Shown here in pieces: positions 49,546 through 62,000 of a stretch of 64,000 bases of DNA (position 1 is its first letter; each line of letters begins with the position of its first letter). The position numbers and the translations under genes are program-made. The notes under the pieces are model-generated. The model was given only the letters and a program-made list of their open reading frames with translations, did not search any database and was not told where the DNA came from. This stretch comes from Camelus dromedarius. Lineage: Eukaryota. The stretch lies in NCBI RefSeq assembly GCF_036321535.1, contig NC_087447.1, forward strand, positions 39,372,001 through 39,436,000. Direction: 5' to 3'.

Positions 49546-49582
<37 letters not shown>
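49546..49582 (+). repeat. Poly(A)37 tract
   Basis: 37 consecutive A residues. Confidence 0.95.
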
Positions 49583-49583
<1 letters not shown>

Positions 49584-50719
49584 AAGAAAGCATGGGCTTG
49601 TAAATTCTTTAGCTCCTTAATGTAGTTTTCACTCCCACAGGTGCCTGGCCTGCATTTCAACTTGCCCTCCATCCAACCTAGAGAGACTTACGTATGTGAT
49701 CAGGGCACCAAGAGGAGGAAGAAAGGGAGGTGGAAGAGAGGGTGGGATAAAAAGGTGTGACCAGATGTTATGTTTCCAAACAAATAATCTGGTGTTGCCT
49801 GAATTGTGAGGAATCCTGGGATGGGAAACTAAGAGTCTGCATTCAGCATAAAAGAGCAAAAGAAGGGAAGGAAAGAGGATCCCGAAAGATCTGCCCCTGA
49901 GACACTTGGAATGGCTTATGATTTCCACTGATACTTACCATTCTGCACTGAACTTGAAGCATTCTGGGTCCTTGACAACAGGGGGAGTGGGGGAGTAGGC
50001 CCAGACTGGGCAGAGAATGTAAGGCAGAGAGAGGACAACCAAAAAAGTGACTTGCCCTCTGAATCAGCCTGGAGGAGAGCAACTGGGCAATGCAAGTGTG
50101 CCCCACCCAGTGTGAGATGGAAAGTTACGAAAAAGGGAGGAGCTGGGCTGCCAGGTCAGGGCATTGAGGGCTGCCTGGAGCCTGCAGAGGAAGGGTCAGG
50201 GGCCACGTTCTGTATAATGGGGGAAGTCATCTTCGGCTTCAGCTCCAAAAAGGAAGTGACCCTTCCCAACTAAAGAGAAGTAAATCCCCTTACCAGTGCC
50301 ATTATTTGTCTCACAACACAGTCCCAAGAGAGAATGAGACCCAAAGCCAGCAGAGAGCTAGCAAGTGGCAATAACATAGAGCTGTCCTGGTACAACGAGC
50401 ACCAACCAAGAAAACTAAACATTATGCTGTACTCCAAGCACATGCTCCAAAGTGAGTTAAGAGTGGTAAGGGGCATGTAAGAGAGGGCGAACCCTCCTCC
50501 TCCCATGCATCCTCAGGATATCCCAGCAATGGGCAGCTGGCCGCCACCCCTCCCCTCCACCCATCTTTCTTTCACAGGTCCAAGTCATGGTGAATTCTAA
50601 CCCAGACAAGACATTGGTCATTGGCCTTGGTTTCCTTGTCCAGGATCTTGTGACTTGGTGACACTTTGACCCCATCCTGAGTACCACTCTTCTCTTCCTG
50701 ACATCATGCATACCTGCCT

Positions 50720-51052
50720 CCAATTCTGACACCAATTCTGATGTGTGTTTTTTTTCCCACACCACCAAGCAATTAACTCAATTCTGATACCATCTACCTG
50801 AAGGTAGCATCAGATTGTACAGGGTAAGGGCTCAGACCTACAAGACTACCACCACCACCCGCTTCCCACTTCAGATGCCAGTCACAAGTTCAGGTTGTCA
50901 CCTGTGCTTCTGACCAATGAGCTATAGATCGGAGGTTCCAATGACATCTTTCTTGGGTTCCATCAATTCATTAGAGTGACTCAGAACTCTGAGAAACATT
51001 TTACTTACTAGATTACTGGTTTATTATAAAAGGATATAACTCAGGAACAGCC
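50720..51052 (-). mobile_element. MER21-like LTR fragment
   Basis: CAATTCTGATACCATCTACCTG...AAGGGCTCAG...CCCACTTCAGATGCCAGTCACAAG...GGTTTATTATAAAAGGATA. Confidence 0.8.
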
Positions 51053-51554
51053 GCCTGCTCCAGGTCTCCTTTTACGTCAACTGGACCCAGGGACCACTGG
51101 ACCAGAGGGCATTCTGGGCATCTGGGTATCCTCCATACCATAACATATCACACCCACCCCTCCCCGTCTCTTGTGAGGGTCTACTCCCAAGACGGGCTTC
51201 TGCATGCATTTCCTCTCCCTAATTCCCCTGCAGGGCCACACCTCCTCCCTGAGCCAGTGGCCAAGGCCCCAATTCCTGACCTGGATTCTGAGTCCTCCTC
51301 CTTTAGGCTGAAGTCTCTTTCCCATCTCCCTGCCCACTATGCCATTTGCATACCCTTGGCTTATTTGGTAAGATCTGCCCCTGCTCACTGCCCAGGCTAG
51401 ATCTGGAAATTGTCTGTTTGCCACCGTTTTCCTTCTGTTATCCTGGGGGCTGATTAAACCAATTGGGTTGGATTTCCTGAGTCTCTGCATCAGGTCAGTT
51501 TCTCCAACCCCCAGGCCACTCAGTCCAGACACACAGGGTTTGGAGAATCCAGCA

Positions 51555-51720
51555 CCTGTTAGTTCTATGATCTCAGGAAAGTTAAAATTTCTATGCCCTA
51601 GCTTTCTCAAGTGTAAAATGGGAAAATAAGACCTACTTCATGGGCCTATTGTGAGGATTTGGTGAGGTAATATATTTGGAGCACCTAGCATAATGCTTGG
51701 CACATACTATACAATTAATA
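51555..51720 (+). mobile_element. MIR SINE
   Basis: TGTAAAATGGGAAAATAAGACCTACTTCATGGG...TTGTGAGGATT...GCTTGGCACATA. Confidence 0.8.
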
Positions 51721-53029
51721 AAAGACAACCATCGGAGAGCTTACAGCAATGAGACAGAAAGCTGTCTGTTCAGTTTTTGATACAGTTTTGTGTTCATATA
51801 TTTCTTATTGCTCCCTCTAAAGCTGTAATGATGCTGTCTTCTCCACACGGCTCTTCCTGTCCCCACCTAATATTCAGGACACTGGGGGGTCTGAAGGGGT
51901 CTGAGGTAGGTAGGACAGAGTCTGTACTCCCAGGTGCTGGGCAGAGTGGTCTGGGGGCTCAGCCGCCTCTTGGTCACCAAAGGTGCAGATGCTGTCCAGG
52001 ACTCCAGCCTAAATGCTCTAGGCATGAGCACAACCCAGGGAAGAGGAGAAGGGAGGGAAAAAGGATGGGGTGGGGGTACCTGGTGAAGAGGGCTCAGAAA
52101 ATGGGAAGGGGAACACCCAGCAACGGGCCTCCCTGCAAACAGGGTAGAAGCAAACCTAAAGGTTCTTTTGTGCTGGGACCAAGTGGACATGGCAGCACAC
52201 CAAAGCCAGGCTGCTCCTCCACCTTCTCTGTCCCACACTGTCAAGACTCGTGGGCTGGCCTGGGCGGGAAGACTGCTGCTCCGCATTCATGCTACCTGCT
52301 CAGCACTTAGCCCAGCTTTCATCAGCCCTCCCAGGCTTCACAAGGCTCTAATTACACTTCCCACCAGAAACACATTTCACAGATTGGGGTGGTGATAAAA
52401 GCAATTAGCCTTGGCCTGTGGGTCAAAGTTGCCTCTGATCCCTGCCTGTCAAAGAACAGCACAGCCTCTCATTCTGTGGAAGACAAGCAGAAGGATCTGT
52501 CAAGTCATTAAACCTGGGGTAAAGAAGGACACAGAGCAGGTTCCTAGAATCTTCTTCCTCTAGTCTCAAGATCAGCTTAACTTCTGCCATAGTGAGAGGC
52601 AGGAGAGGGCCCTGCCTGGACTAGGGATTGGAAGAGTCAAGTTCAAAGGCTGACTCCCCCAACTAAACAGAAAATGGGGACACTCAGCATCTCCATCTGA
52701 CACATCACCCGACAACTGCGGAATGTCCCAGACGCACATGGCTGTTGGCACCTACTCCACACGTGTCTTCCCTGTGCTGCCCGGGGTCAGCTGACGGAAG
52801 CTGGAAGAGAAAGCACCGGGGCGGAATGCCCTGTCACAGACCCTCCTGCCACTCAGAGCCGCTGGGACCACATCAGCCTGGACGCAAGATGAGCACCAGC
52901 CTGATGTGACCAGCTGCGTGAGGGCAGAATCAGCTGTGAATGTGCTTTATAAAAGCAGGCAGCCTGTCAGCACTCTGATGCTGCCTCCCAACGCCCGTCA
53001 TCTGTGAGCTAGAGAGGGCCTTCCCTGGT

Positions 53030-53155
53030 TCTCAATCTCTCGGAGAATATAAGCTCCACGAGGGGATGGGGTTTTGTCTGTTCTGTTCACTGCTGCATCC
53101 ACAGCACAGGGCACCTGCTAGACAGTCAGTAAGTACCTGATGAATGAATGCATGA
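53030..53155 (+). mobile_element. L2 3' end
   Basis: TAAGCTCCACGAGGG...TGTTCACTGCTGCATCC...TGAATGAATG. Confidence 0.75.
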
Positions 53156-53269
53156 ACTTCTCCACCTCACATGGCCAGGCCTGCCAGTGTCAGCCTGGAG
53201 CCATGCTCTCCGTGGAATTTTGCCTCCCTTGTCTACGATAATAGGACACACACAACGTCTGTCGAACAC

Positions 53270-53442
53270 CCTCCTCAATCTTCTAGACCTTAGTAACATA
53301 GGAATCACCAGAGGGGCTTCTAAAATAATACTAGTGCCCAGCCCTCACTTCTTGAAATTTGGTCAGGGATAAGACCTCAGCACTGGTGTGTTTTTAAAAT
53401 ACCAATGAAAAATTAATGATTATAATATGAGAACCACTGCTC
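53270..53442. mobile_element. MER5-like hAT transposon
   Basis: GGAATCACCAGAGGGGCTT...TGAGAACCACTGCTCTA. Confidence 0.6.
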
Positions 53443-54119
53443 TACACAGAGGAAAGGACAGTTCCTCAGGGACAAAATGGGAATGGGGTAGGGAGAACAG
53501 ACAAGGTCGGGATTCAGGGGGAACGAGTTCACTTGGATTCCTACAAAGTTCTTTGAGTTTTACTAATCAAGGAGCCAAAATAGAGACAGGGTATTTGTCT
53601 TCCCAAGTAGGAACATAAGCCTCCCAAAGCTGCTACAGGAGGCGCCTTTGTCTTTCCTCTCACAGATAACACCTGCCCAAAAGCTCATTCAGGACTGCTC
53701 TGAACCTACTCTGCGCACCTGAGGCCCCCAAAAGGGACTGCAATGTTAACTGGCTGAGGTCCTTAACGATACTAGAGGGACTCTTTACTGAGGACCATAA
53801 ATTAAAGACAGCAAAACTACTTGTTGTTAACAGGTAAACCCACCCTATGGTATGAGCTTTGCATGGTATTTATAAACACACACGTACCCCCAGACACACA
53901 TGTGTGTGCATACACCAACGATAAAGAAAGTATAACTATGGTATAGACCTGGTAACTTCTGTAAATCAGTTTATGGAATGGGATGAATTCAGTGGTTGTA
54001 CAAATAGGAAACAATTTAGTTTTTCTTATCACTGCCTTCAACCACACTGCCTTCCTTCGTGGCTTTCTGGTCACTTTTGTGTATTTAAAGGGTCCAGTCT
54101 AATTTTAAAACTTGAAGTA

Positions 54120-55250
54120 TCCAAATTATATAACCAATAAGGGGTTAATATACAAAATATGTAAACAGTTCATACAACTCAACACCAAAAACCCAAATAG
54201 CTCAATTTAAAAATGAGAAGACCTGAAAAGACATTTTTCTAAAGAAGACATACAGATGGCCAAAAGGCACACAAAAAGATTCTCAACACTGTTAATTATC
54301 AGAGAAATGCAAATTAAAACCACAATAATAATGGAAAAGAATCTGAAGATAAAAAATATATATGTATGTATATGTATAACTGAATTACTTTGCTGTACAC
54401 TAAACTAACATTATAAATCAACTACACTTCAGTAAAAAAATTTTTTTAAATCCACAAGGAGATATCACCTCACACCTGTCAGAATGGCTATCATCAAAAG
54501 ACCACAAATAATAAATGCTGTCCAGGATGTGGAGAAAAGGGAACCCTCATACACTGTTAGTGAGAATGTAGCCTCTCTGTGGGAAACAGTGTGGTGATTT
54601 CTCAAACAAACAAACAAAAAAAGAGCTACTCCAATTCCACTCCTGAATATTTATCTGAAAAAAATAAAAGCACTATTTTGAAAAGATACATGTACCCCAC
54701 TGTTTATAGCAGCATTATTTACAATTGTCAAGATATGGAAGCAACCTAAATGTCCATTAACAGATAAATGGATAAAGATGTGGTACACACATAAACAATT
54801 TGGATACTACTCAGCCATAAAAAAGAATGAAATTTTGCCATCTGCAACACCATGAATGGACATGGAGGGTATTACATTAAGTGAAATAAGTCAGACAGGA
54901 AAAGACAAATACTATATGATATCACTTATATGTGGAATCTAAAAAATAAACTAGTGCACATAACAAAAAGGAAACAGACTCACAAATATAGAGAACAAAC
55001 CAGTGGTTACCAGTGTGGAGAGGGAGGGGCAGGAGCAAGATAGGGGTAGGGAAATGAGAGGTACAAACTACTGTGAATAAAATAAATAAGCTACGAAGAT
55101 AAATTGTACCACAGAGGGAGTATAGCCAATATTTTATAATAACTATAAATGGAATACAACCTTTAAAATTTGTGAATCACTAGGTTGCCCACTTGAAACA
55201 TACAATACTGTACATCAGCTTATACCTCAATTTTTAAAAATAAATAAATA
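54120..55250 (+). mobile_element. L1 3' portion (ORF2 C-terminal region and 3' UTR) with a nested insert
   Basis: AAAGAAGACATACAGATGGCC, AGAGAAATGCAAATTAAAACC, GATATGGAAGCAACCTAAATGTCC, AGTGAAATAAGTCAGACAG; A-rich tail at about 55236-55251. Confidence 0.93.
54327..54445 (+). mobile_element. Short L1 3'-terminal insert nested in the host L1
   Basis: TATGTATAACTGAATTACTTTGCTGTACAC...CAACTACACTTCAGTAAAAAAA resembles 43600-43680; flanked by a near-duplicated target. Confidence 0.8.
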
Positions 55251-57249
55251 AGAGTGAAGAAGGTTCTTCCAGAACGTCATGAATTGGGCGATGGGGACTT
55301 ATTCTGAATAAAGAGTAAGTGAAGCCTGGAAAAAAAATGCAATGGACAGGGAAAGAATTTAAAGAAAAAACCAAAATAAATAATAAAACCCAAAATGATT
55401 AATTGGTAAAAACAAACACAAAAAATCTTGAAACACACCCAATTCCAAGCATCTCTTACTTTCCTTCCTCTAAGCTCAGGCTGGACCTGTGGCTTGGGGA
55501 TCATCAATGGGGTGGAGAGGAATGCTGTGTTCCTCCACTCTTTCTTCCCTTCCTCCCCACTTCCTGCTGTAGAGTTCCCCAGGGATGGGCAGGGGAAGAG
55601 TGTCTGTTGTCTAACCTGTCCCACAGGTGCTTTTCTCTTGAGTGTTGACACCTTCTGGGAACCTAAGTGTTCAAAGACTGGCTCCACTGCAGGTTCTCCA
55701 GTGGTGAGGATGCAGTCTCTGGTCTACATCTTGCAACCCTCTTAGCAACTTCCCCCAACAACCCACTCTGCAGCCTTTTCCTTTCACCTCTAAACTAGTG
55801 GGTGACCCTCTCTGACAGAGTCCCAACCCCATAACTCAAGCTTAATTATCTTCTCCAGTGCATGTTTATCCCAAAGGAAAATCGTGCTTTCTTTTCATAC
55901 TAAAGCTGGTCTTTTCTGCTCACTCTTTTTATCCCTCCTTAGTGGGGACTTCAGCCACCTTCTTGCCTTCCAAATTTATTAGGCAATAAGGTTGGTAGGG
56001 GGCACCAGTCTCTATGTTCAAACATACCTCCAAACTCCCAGGGAACAAACGTCACTTTTCCCCAACTCTCTCAAGATAGACCCACAATCTCTGCAGCTCA
56101 TCAGGACTGTGAGATACCAGCCATCTTTTTCTGCAATCTCAATTTCGTCACTGTCCCTTCACTTGGTTTGGGAGTGGTGGGAAAGGGAAAAGAAACATCA
56201 CAGCAATCCCCGCTAAGCTGACAACTCCTTACCTCAATAACTCTCCTAGAGCGCCCCCTTCAAATGTCTTGCTTTCTATTTTAGCCCAGATGGGTTAATG
56301 GTTGCTGCACCTATTTTTGTTAACCTTTGAGAAATCCTGAATGGATACATTTAGCACCTCTCTCTAGAGAAAGTGGTTACTTCTCACCATGCCAAAATTT
56401 TGAGTCAATAGGAAGAATTCCATTTCATATCATTTTCTCCTACCAAATTCAGAAGAAGGGCTCAAATAAAGAACTGGTCATAGCAACAACGCTCACCCTC
56501 GCAGACCCTCCTCTGTGATTACATGCTGGTTGTGTCATGTCTGTAGATACACACCGGGGAACCCACAATGATCCGAGTTCCTGGCAGCCACTGTTAGTCT
56601 GGGTCACACCGGGCACTCTGCCCTGAAATGCTGCTGCCCAGACTTCTCAACCACATGGACTACTGTGATTCCATTACTCTAGCAATTTCTATTCTTAATT
56701 GCCAACTGTCTCACTGTGGATATATTGGACGCAGAGCTCTCTCTTTAAAATAGACCTTAATAGATCTAAACTGGATTTAGCCAGAAAAAGAAAGAGAAAT
56801 GTCTTTGAATGCTGCCTAGAATCCTTTCACCAACTACTCAGAAATCTCTCTCTTCATGACTGTTTCTCCTGTCACCTTCCCAAATGTCTCGCGGCTGCAG
56901 CCCCTGTGTGATGCAGTTCATGTCTCTTGGGAGTTTTGCTGAGATGTATCTCAAGCTTACTTTTCTGTGGGTTACATATTTTTTGCTTTTCTTTTTAAAA
57001 TTATTTATTTATTTATTTTTACTTTTTTCTTTTCTTTCTTTGTCCTCCCCATTCTTTTATTCTAGTCTCTTTTTCTTCATTTTCATTTTCCTACTTGTGT
57101 CTCAATTATGCTGGAGACCCTCAAAAGATGATTCTGAGCACTAACTAAAAGCTCATAATTTTTGCATCCGTGGGTCCAAAATGCTCTGTGGTCTTGGTCC
57201 TTCTGGCTGGATTGGGGACCCTATGCCCAGCTTCAGGCCATTTATATGC

Positions 57250-57655
57250 TGTAGTCACATTGGCAAAGGCTGTTGATGTTCCACCTATATGTCTCGACCC
57301 TTTCCATCTCCATGCATGCCAGCCTACTTCCAATTGCAGCAGCCAGCCCGGTGTGAGGGCTTTCTCCAGCTGCTGAGCACATCTGGAGCAGGTCAGGTGC
57401 TGGGAATTAACACCTCCCCTTTCCCCCAGGAGCAGCTCTCAACCAGTGACTGATGGGAACCAATGGCTAAAGACCCTACTTCTGTTGCTTCTTTGGTCGA
57501 ATAACTCCAAAGTGCGTATTCTACATTGGCTCCCAGAGTTGCTTCCCCCAGAGGGATGAAACTCCAGCTGCCACATCTTTATTGGCTGCCTTCACTTCCC
57601 TGTTAAATTTTCTAGCACTTTTCAGTACACTGTACCAGAGTTTGCTTCTAGGGTA
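57250..57655 (+). mobile_element. LTR16-like ERVL LTR
   Basis: AATTAACACCTCCC...GGAGCAGCTCTCAACCAGTGACTGATGGGA...ATTGGCTGCCTTCACTTCCCTG. Confidence 0.65.
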
Positions 57656-59699
57656 TTAGCAGGACCAACAGACTTGGACCCAGGACTAAGCAGGTCTTCC
57701 TAGGTACATGACACATCTGTGTTGCATTTTTCAATGTAAGGCTACATATATAGACAGGACATCTTTAAGAGAGCAAATCTAGAAGCAGCCATCCAGGAAA
57801 GGGTGAGAATTTATTCCTCCTTCTGCTCCACTTCCTTCTTTCCTTCTTCTTTCACCTCCTTCTCTCTTTCTCCACCACCTCCCACCTCCAGAGTATGACC
57901 CCAGGTTTGTAACTCAGCCATTCCCTCCTTCTTTCAGGGCTCCCAGCCTCGAGCTGACCTGGGTGCAGGTGCCTTGGGAGCAGCCAGTGTGCCACCATCT
58001 GTGAGCACACCCCAAGGTGCCAACTATTGTCTTAGGTCTTTTGGAAGGAAATCAGCAAAATGATTCACTAATGAAAGAATCTGGTCTTAGGAAATAAACT
58101 CAAAGTCAAAACAAGTCATTTTTTTTCCCTAATAGATGATGGGAAACCTCTTATCTCTCCGTCAGCTGTGTCAAGAAAGTGACTAACTCATTATTTAATA
58201 TTGGGAAAGGTGATTTAAGGACTTCAGACAGAAGCCAGTAAAATGGCACACTATAGCAGTGGTGGGGGAGGGAGATGGTGGTGCTAATTCTTCCCTCCCA
58301 GGAAATCCATGGGGCCACTCTTTAACTGGATGCCTGAATTAATGCTGAAACCCCACAAGAGTTCTAAGATGCCCTCTGAATGGGATGTAGGTGGCCTTAA
58401 GGGGCTTATTGAGGCAACAAAATCATAGCCATTGAAAGCCACTATTACTGACTACATGGCACTGTAGCCCTCAGGGTACAGGATGGAGGAAATGTTGAGG
58501 TATCCCCATGATGGCACCGCCCTAGACAATTCCGCATGGAGCAGGTGGTGCCTGATACCCACCCACTGTGCATGTGTCTGTGCGCATGTGCACACACGTG
58601 AACGTGCGCATGTGCAGCAGGACTCGCGGCCCCATCTGCATGGGGTCGGTCAAAGCATAGTTGTCCTCAGAGCACATGAGCTGGAGAGATGCTTTGCCTG
58701 CATGTTTTGCAGACACACTCAAATTTTCTCTGCCAGGCAGAATGATTTATTTGTATGTCTTCATCGAGGCCAATTATTTTTTAGCACCTTGCTGGGCATG
58801 CTGGGTGATCTCATCACAGGGAAGAGCCCATGAGTGCCTGTCTCACTTGGAGCAAATGTGAGAGAGCAGCCTCCCTTCTCCCATCTCATCCAGAAATTCT
58901 CCTTTCTCTGGCACCTTCACGCAGAGATGAGGAGCCTGCCTTTTTTGTCTTGAGAGCACTGGTTTTTCCCCATAAAATTTCATCAAGGATATTTCGAAAT
59001 CACCTCCCTTTTGGAGAGAGTTTTTTGTTTTTAGAATGAAAGGGGAAAACATTTCAGGTCTCCTGCCTTTTAAATTAAAAATAAGTAGCATTAAACCTGA
59101 TTCAATAAGTAAACCTAATACTAAACATGTCTTAGATTTCCAGATATACATAGTTGGGCAGGGGAAGAGGAAGGGGAGAGGAAAGGAATGGAGACAGAAG
59201 GACACAGAATGGGCCTGGCAACAGAGAAGAATCTATGGAACATAGAGGAGAGAGCCAGGGACAGAGACGGACTGAGGGGAAAGGAGAGTGAGAGGCAGCA
59301 GCAGGGAAAGGGGTGCGGGGTGGGCAGGCAGACAGCAGGAATGGGGGAGAAAGACACTGGGTAGAGAGAGGGCAGGAAGGAAGAAATGGGCAGAGCACAA
59401 CCCCCTCCCAAGGCCTCCTGGTTTCTTTTCCCCACTCCTCAGTTTCTCCAACAAGGGTCTAGTCCAGACTCTTCCACTTCCTCGCTACCCACCCCTCAAC
59501 TCACCACCACCCCACACCACACCTCAGTTTGGTTCCCTTCTCCCCCTGACCCTGCTGCTACAAGGCTTCTGTGGGCCAGATGTGCTTCCTCCTTAAGTCA
59601 TTGCCAGATTGACCCCCAGCCCCCTCCCACTCCCTCTGCTCCTGTGGCATCCAGGACAGTGGAGGCTGCGTCTATGGGACAGAGATTCCCATATCAGTT

Positions 59700-59900
59700 C
59701 TGTTCTTTATTAGCTGTTACACCCGAGGCACGTCCCTTACCTTCTCTGAGCTTTCACACCTGTAAACTGGCAGTAACAACAGTACTTAGCCTGCTTCCAA
59801 CACTGGATTCTGTGCTGTCTGTTGGATGCGTGCGTGTATGTTTATGTATGATAAGAGATAAGGAACACAAAGACTCGCTGTGAACTATAAAATGATGTAC
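59700..59900 (+). mobile_element. MIR SINE (degenerate)
   Basis: TTAGCTGT...CCTTACCTTCTCTGAGCTTTCACACCTGTAAACTGG. Confidence 0.55.
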
Positions 59901-60494
59901 AAATCGGAGTTCTTACTGTGGTTCTTCTGCTCTTTCTGTCACTCTCCTCTCTCCTCCCTGCTTGCTCTTCTTTATCTCACCTCTATCTCCTTTAAGCAGA
60001 CCTTCTCCAAGGTTTGTCTTTTGTTCTTTTCAATTCCTAACTTCTCCTTTACTTCCTCTTCTGTAGACTCCACAAATGACATCTCCAGTCTCATGCTCTC
60101 TCTGGTGCCAGAAATGAGGCTTTGCTGCCTACGTGTCTCAGCAGCACTTCAGATCAACATGCCCAACATGGCATGGGTAGGGTGTTTGGACCTTTCTTCT
60201 AGAGGAGTGGGAGAAGATGGGCCATGGATAGATAGACAGGCTCGGTTGCAAACACTGGTGATGCTGTAGTTGTGTTGCCTTGCAGTAGTCTTCTGAGTTC
60301 AGTTTGCTCACCCACAGTGTGAGAATAATAAAACCAGCTGAGAAATAGGTTGAAGCCTCACAGTAATGAAATATTAAGTGCCAGCACAGCGAGGGGAGGC
60401 CCAGAGGGCACATCTGGCGCTAGACATTCTACAGACCCTTCTCAAGTGCCAGTGAGTGAGGGGCCACCATAGGGTGATGTTCCCATGGGCGAAA

Positions 60495-60700
60495 CAGTAT
60501 AGAGGCTAAGAGCCAAATCACGGCTCTACTACTTACTACCTGTGTTGTTTTGGGAAAGTTACTTTACTTCTCTGTGCCTCAGTTTTCTTGTCTGTAAAAT
60601 GGGTTGTCCTGAGGCTAAATCACAGATAAAACAAAGAAATTCATGTGGGCTGCTTATGATAGTGCCTGGCATGAAGAAAGTACCACACAAGTATTTTATT
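60495..60700 (+). mobile_element. MIR SINE
   Basis: GTTACTTTACTTCTCTGTGCCTCAGTTTTCTTGTCTGTAAAATGGG...AGTGCCTGGCA. Confidence 0.8.
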
Positions 60701-61199
60701 TAACAAATGCTATGGCTGCATGTTCATTTTTTACTTGGGGGGCTCTGGGGGCCCCATGGTGGCTAAAAAACAAGAGGCCCGAGGACGGTGCCCACTGCGC
60801 CTCATGCCAAGTCTTGCTTCACCTTCCTTTGAGCCATAATCCTCTTTCTCTGAAATGAAACCAGGCAGGCATTCATGGCTCTCCGCCCCACCCCCTGCCT
60901 TGGAGCCCTGGTGTGAGCTCCTGCACATGTACCCAGACCTGTGACATCATCAGGCGAGACGGACATGCTTGTGCAAGCAAGGGGATGATGGAGGGAGGGA
61001 TGAAAAGTGCCTCCAGGTCCCTGCTGCCCCTGCCCTGGTGACTCAGGCATGTGGCATCATGGGTCACTCTTGGCACTGTGGCCAGACAGGCAGGCGGAGG
61101 AGCTGGGGCCTGGCCAGAGAAAGAGAAGCGGGTCCAAGGAGACAAAGATGGGACTGTGGGGGTTCATGCCCTGTGGAGGGTTAGGGGCCGCCTTGTTTC

Positions 61200-61560
61200 C
61201 TGTAAGTAGTGAGGAGAGAGGTGAGCAGTTTTATTTAAGAAAGTTCTCTCTGGCTCTTGGGTGGGAAACGGGGGCTCAGGGCAGGGCGAGATGGGAAGTG
61301 AGGACAGCAGATACAGACACCCGAATCTAGGTGGTGGCAGTGGGGAAGAAGCAGAGGGACAGACAAGTTCAACTTTAATGGCAGAATTGGCTGGACTTGG
61401 GGACCGAGTAAGTGTCAGCAGCCTGGAGGAGTGGAGAGTCTTGGGTGGCATGAGGTCTTCAGAATAACGGATGGGAGAGGGCTTTGACGACAGTGACAAG
61501 TTCGACACCTGTTAAAGGTGTTGTTCACATTTGGGAGACTCCACAAGAAAAAGGGCAAAG
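61200..61560 (-). mobile_element. L2 fragment
   Basis: TTTAAGAAAGTTCTCTCTGGCT...GGTGGTGGCAGTGGGGA...GCAGAATTGGCTGGACTTGG. Confidence 0.6.
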
Positions 61561-61839
61561 TTGTAGTGTTCATCACTTCCTTTAAACACACAGAGTGGGC
61601 CCCTGCTGGGGAAGAGCAGGCAGGTGCAGCGCTGCCCTTGAGGGGTTCACATCTGAGCTGGGGAGGCAGGCCCTCTGGCCAAGGAAGCCTCATACTCTTT
61701 GCTTCAACCAGGTTTGGTCCAGAACCAGGGAAAACCCAAGCTTCCCTCAGGGGCCTGTTGGGGAGGGGACCCCCAGGCCAAGCCAGCCCAAGATGCCACC
61801 CGTCTACCACTCACATGCTTCCCCAGAGCACTGGGGTGA

Positions 61840-62000
61840 CACATAGGTTCAAATCTCAGTTACTGACTTATCAAGATATTTGTTGCTGATTGCTTCATCT
61901 GTGAAAGGTGATGATAACAAGATGGAAGAGTAAGTTAAGAAATACTTGTAAAGCTCCAAGCACAATGTTGGCACATAGTAAGTGTTCTCTTAAATGAGGC
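61840..62000 (+). mobile_element. MIR SINE
   Basis: GGTTCAAATCTCAG...TGTAAAGCTCCAAGCACAATGTTGGCACATAGTAAGTG. Confidence 0.7.
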
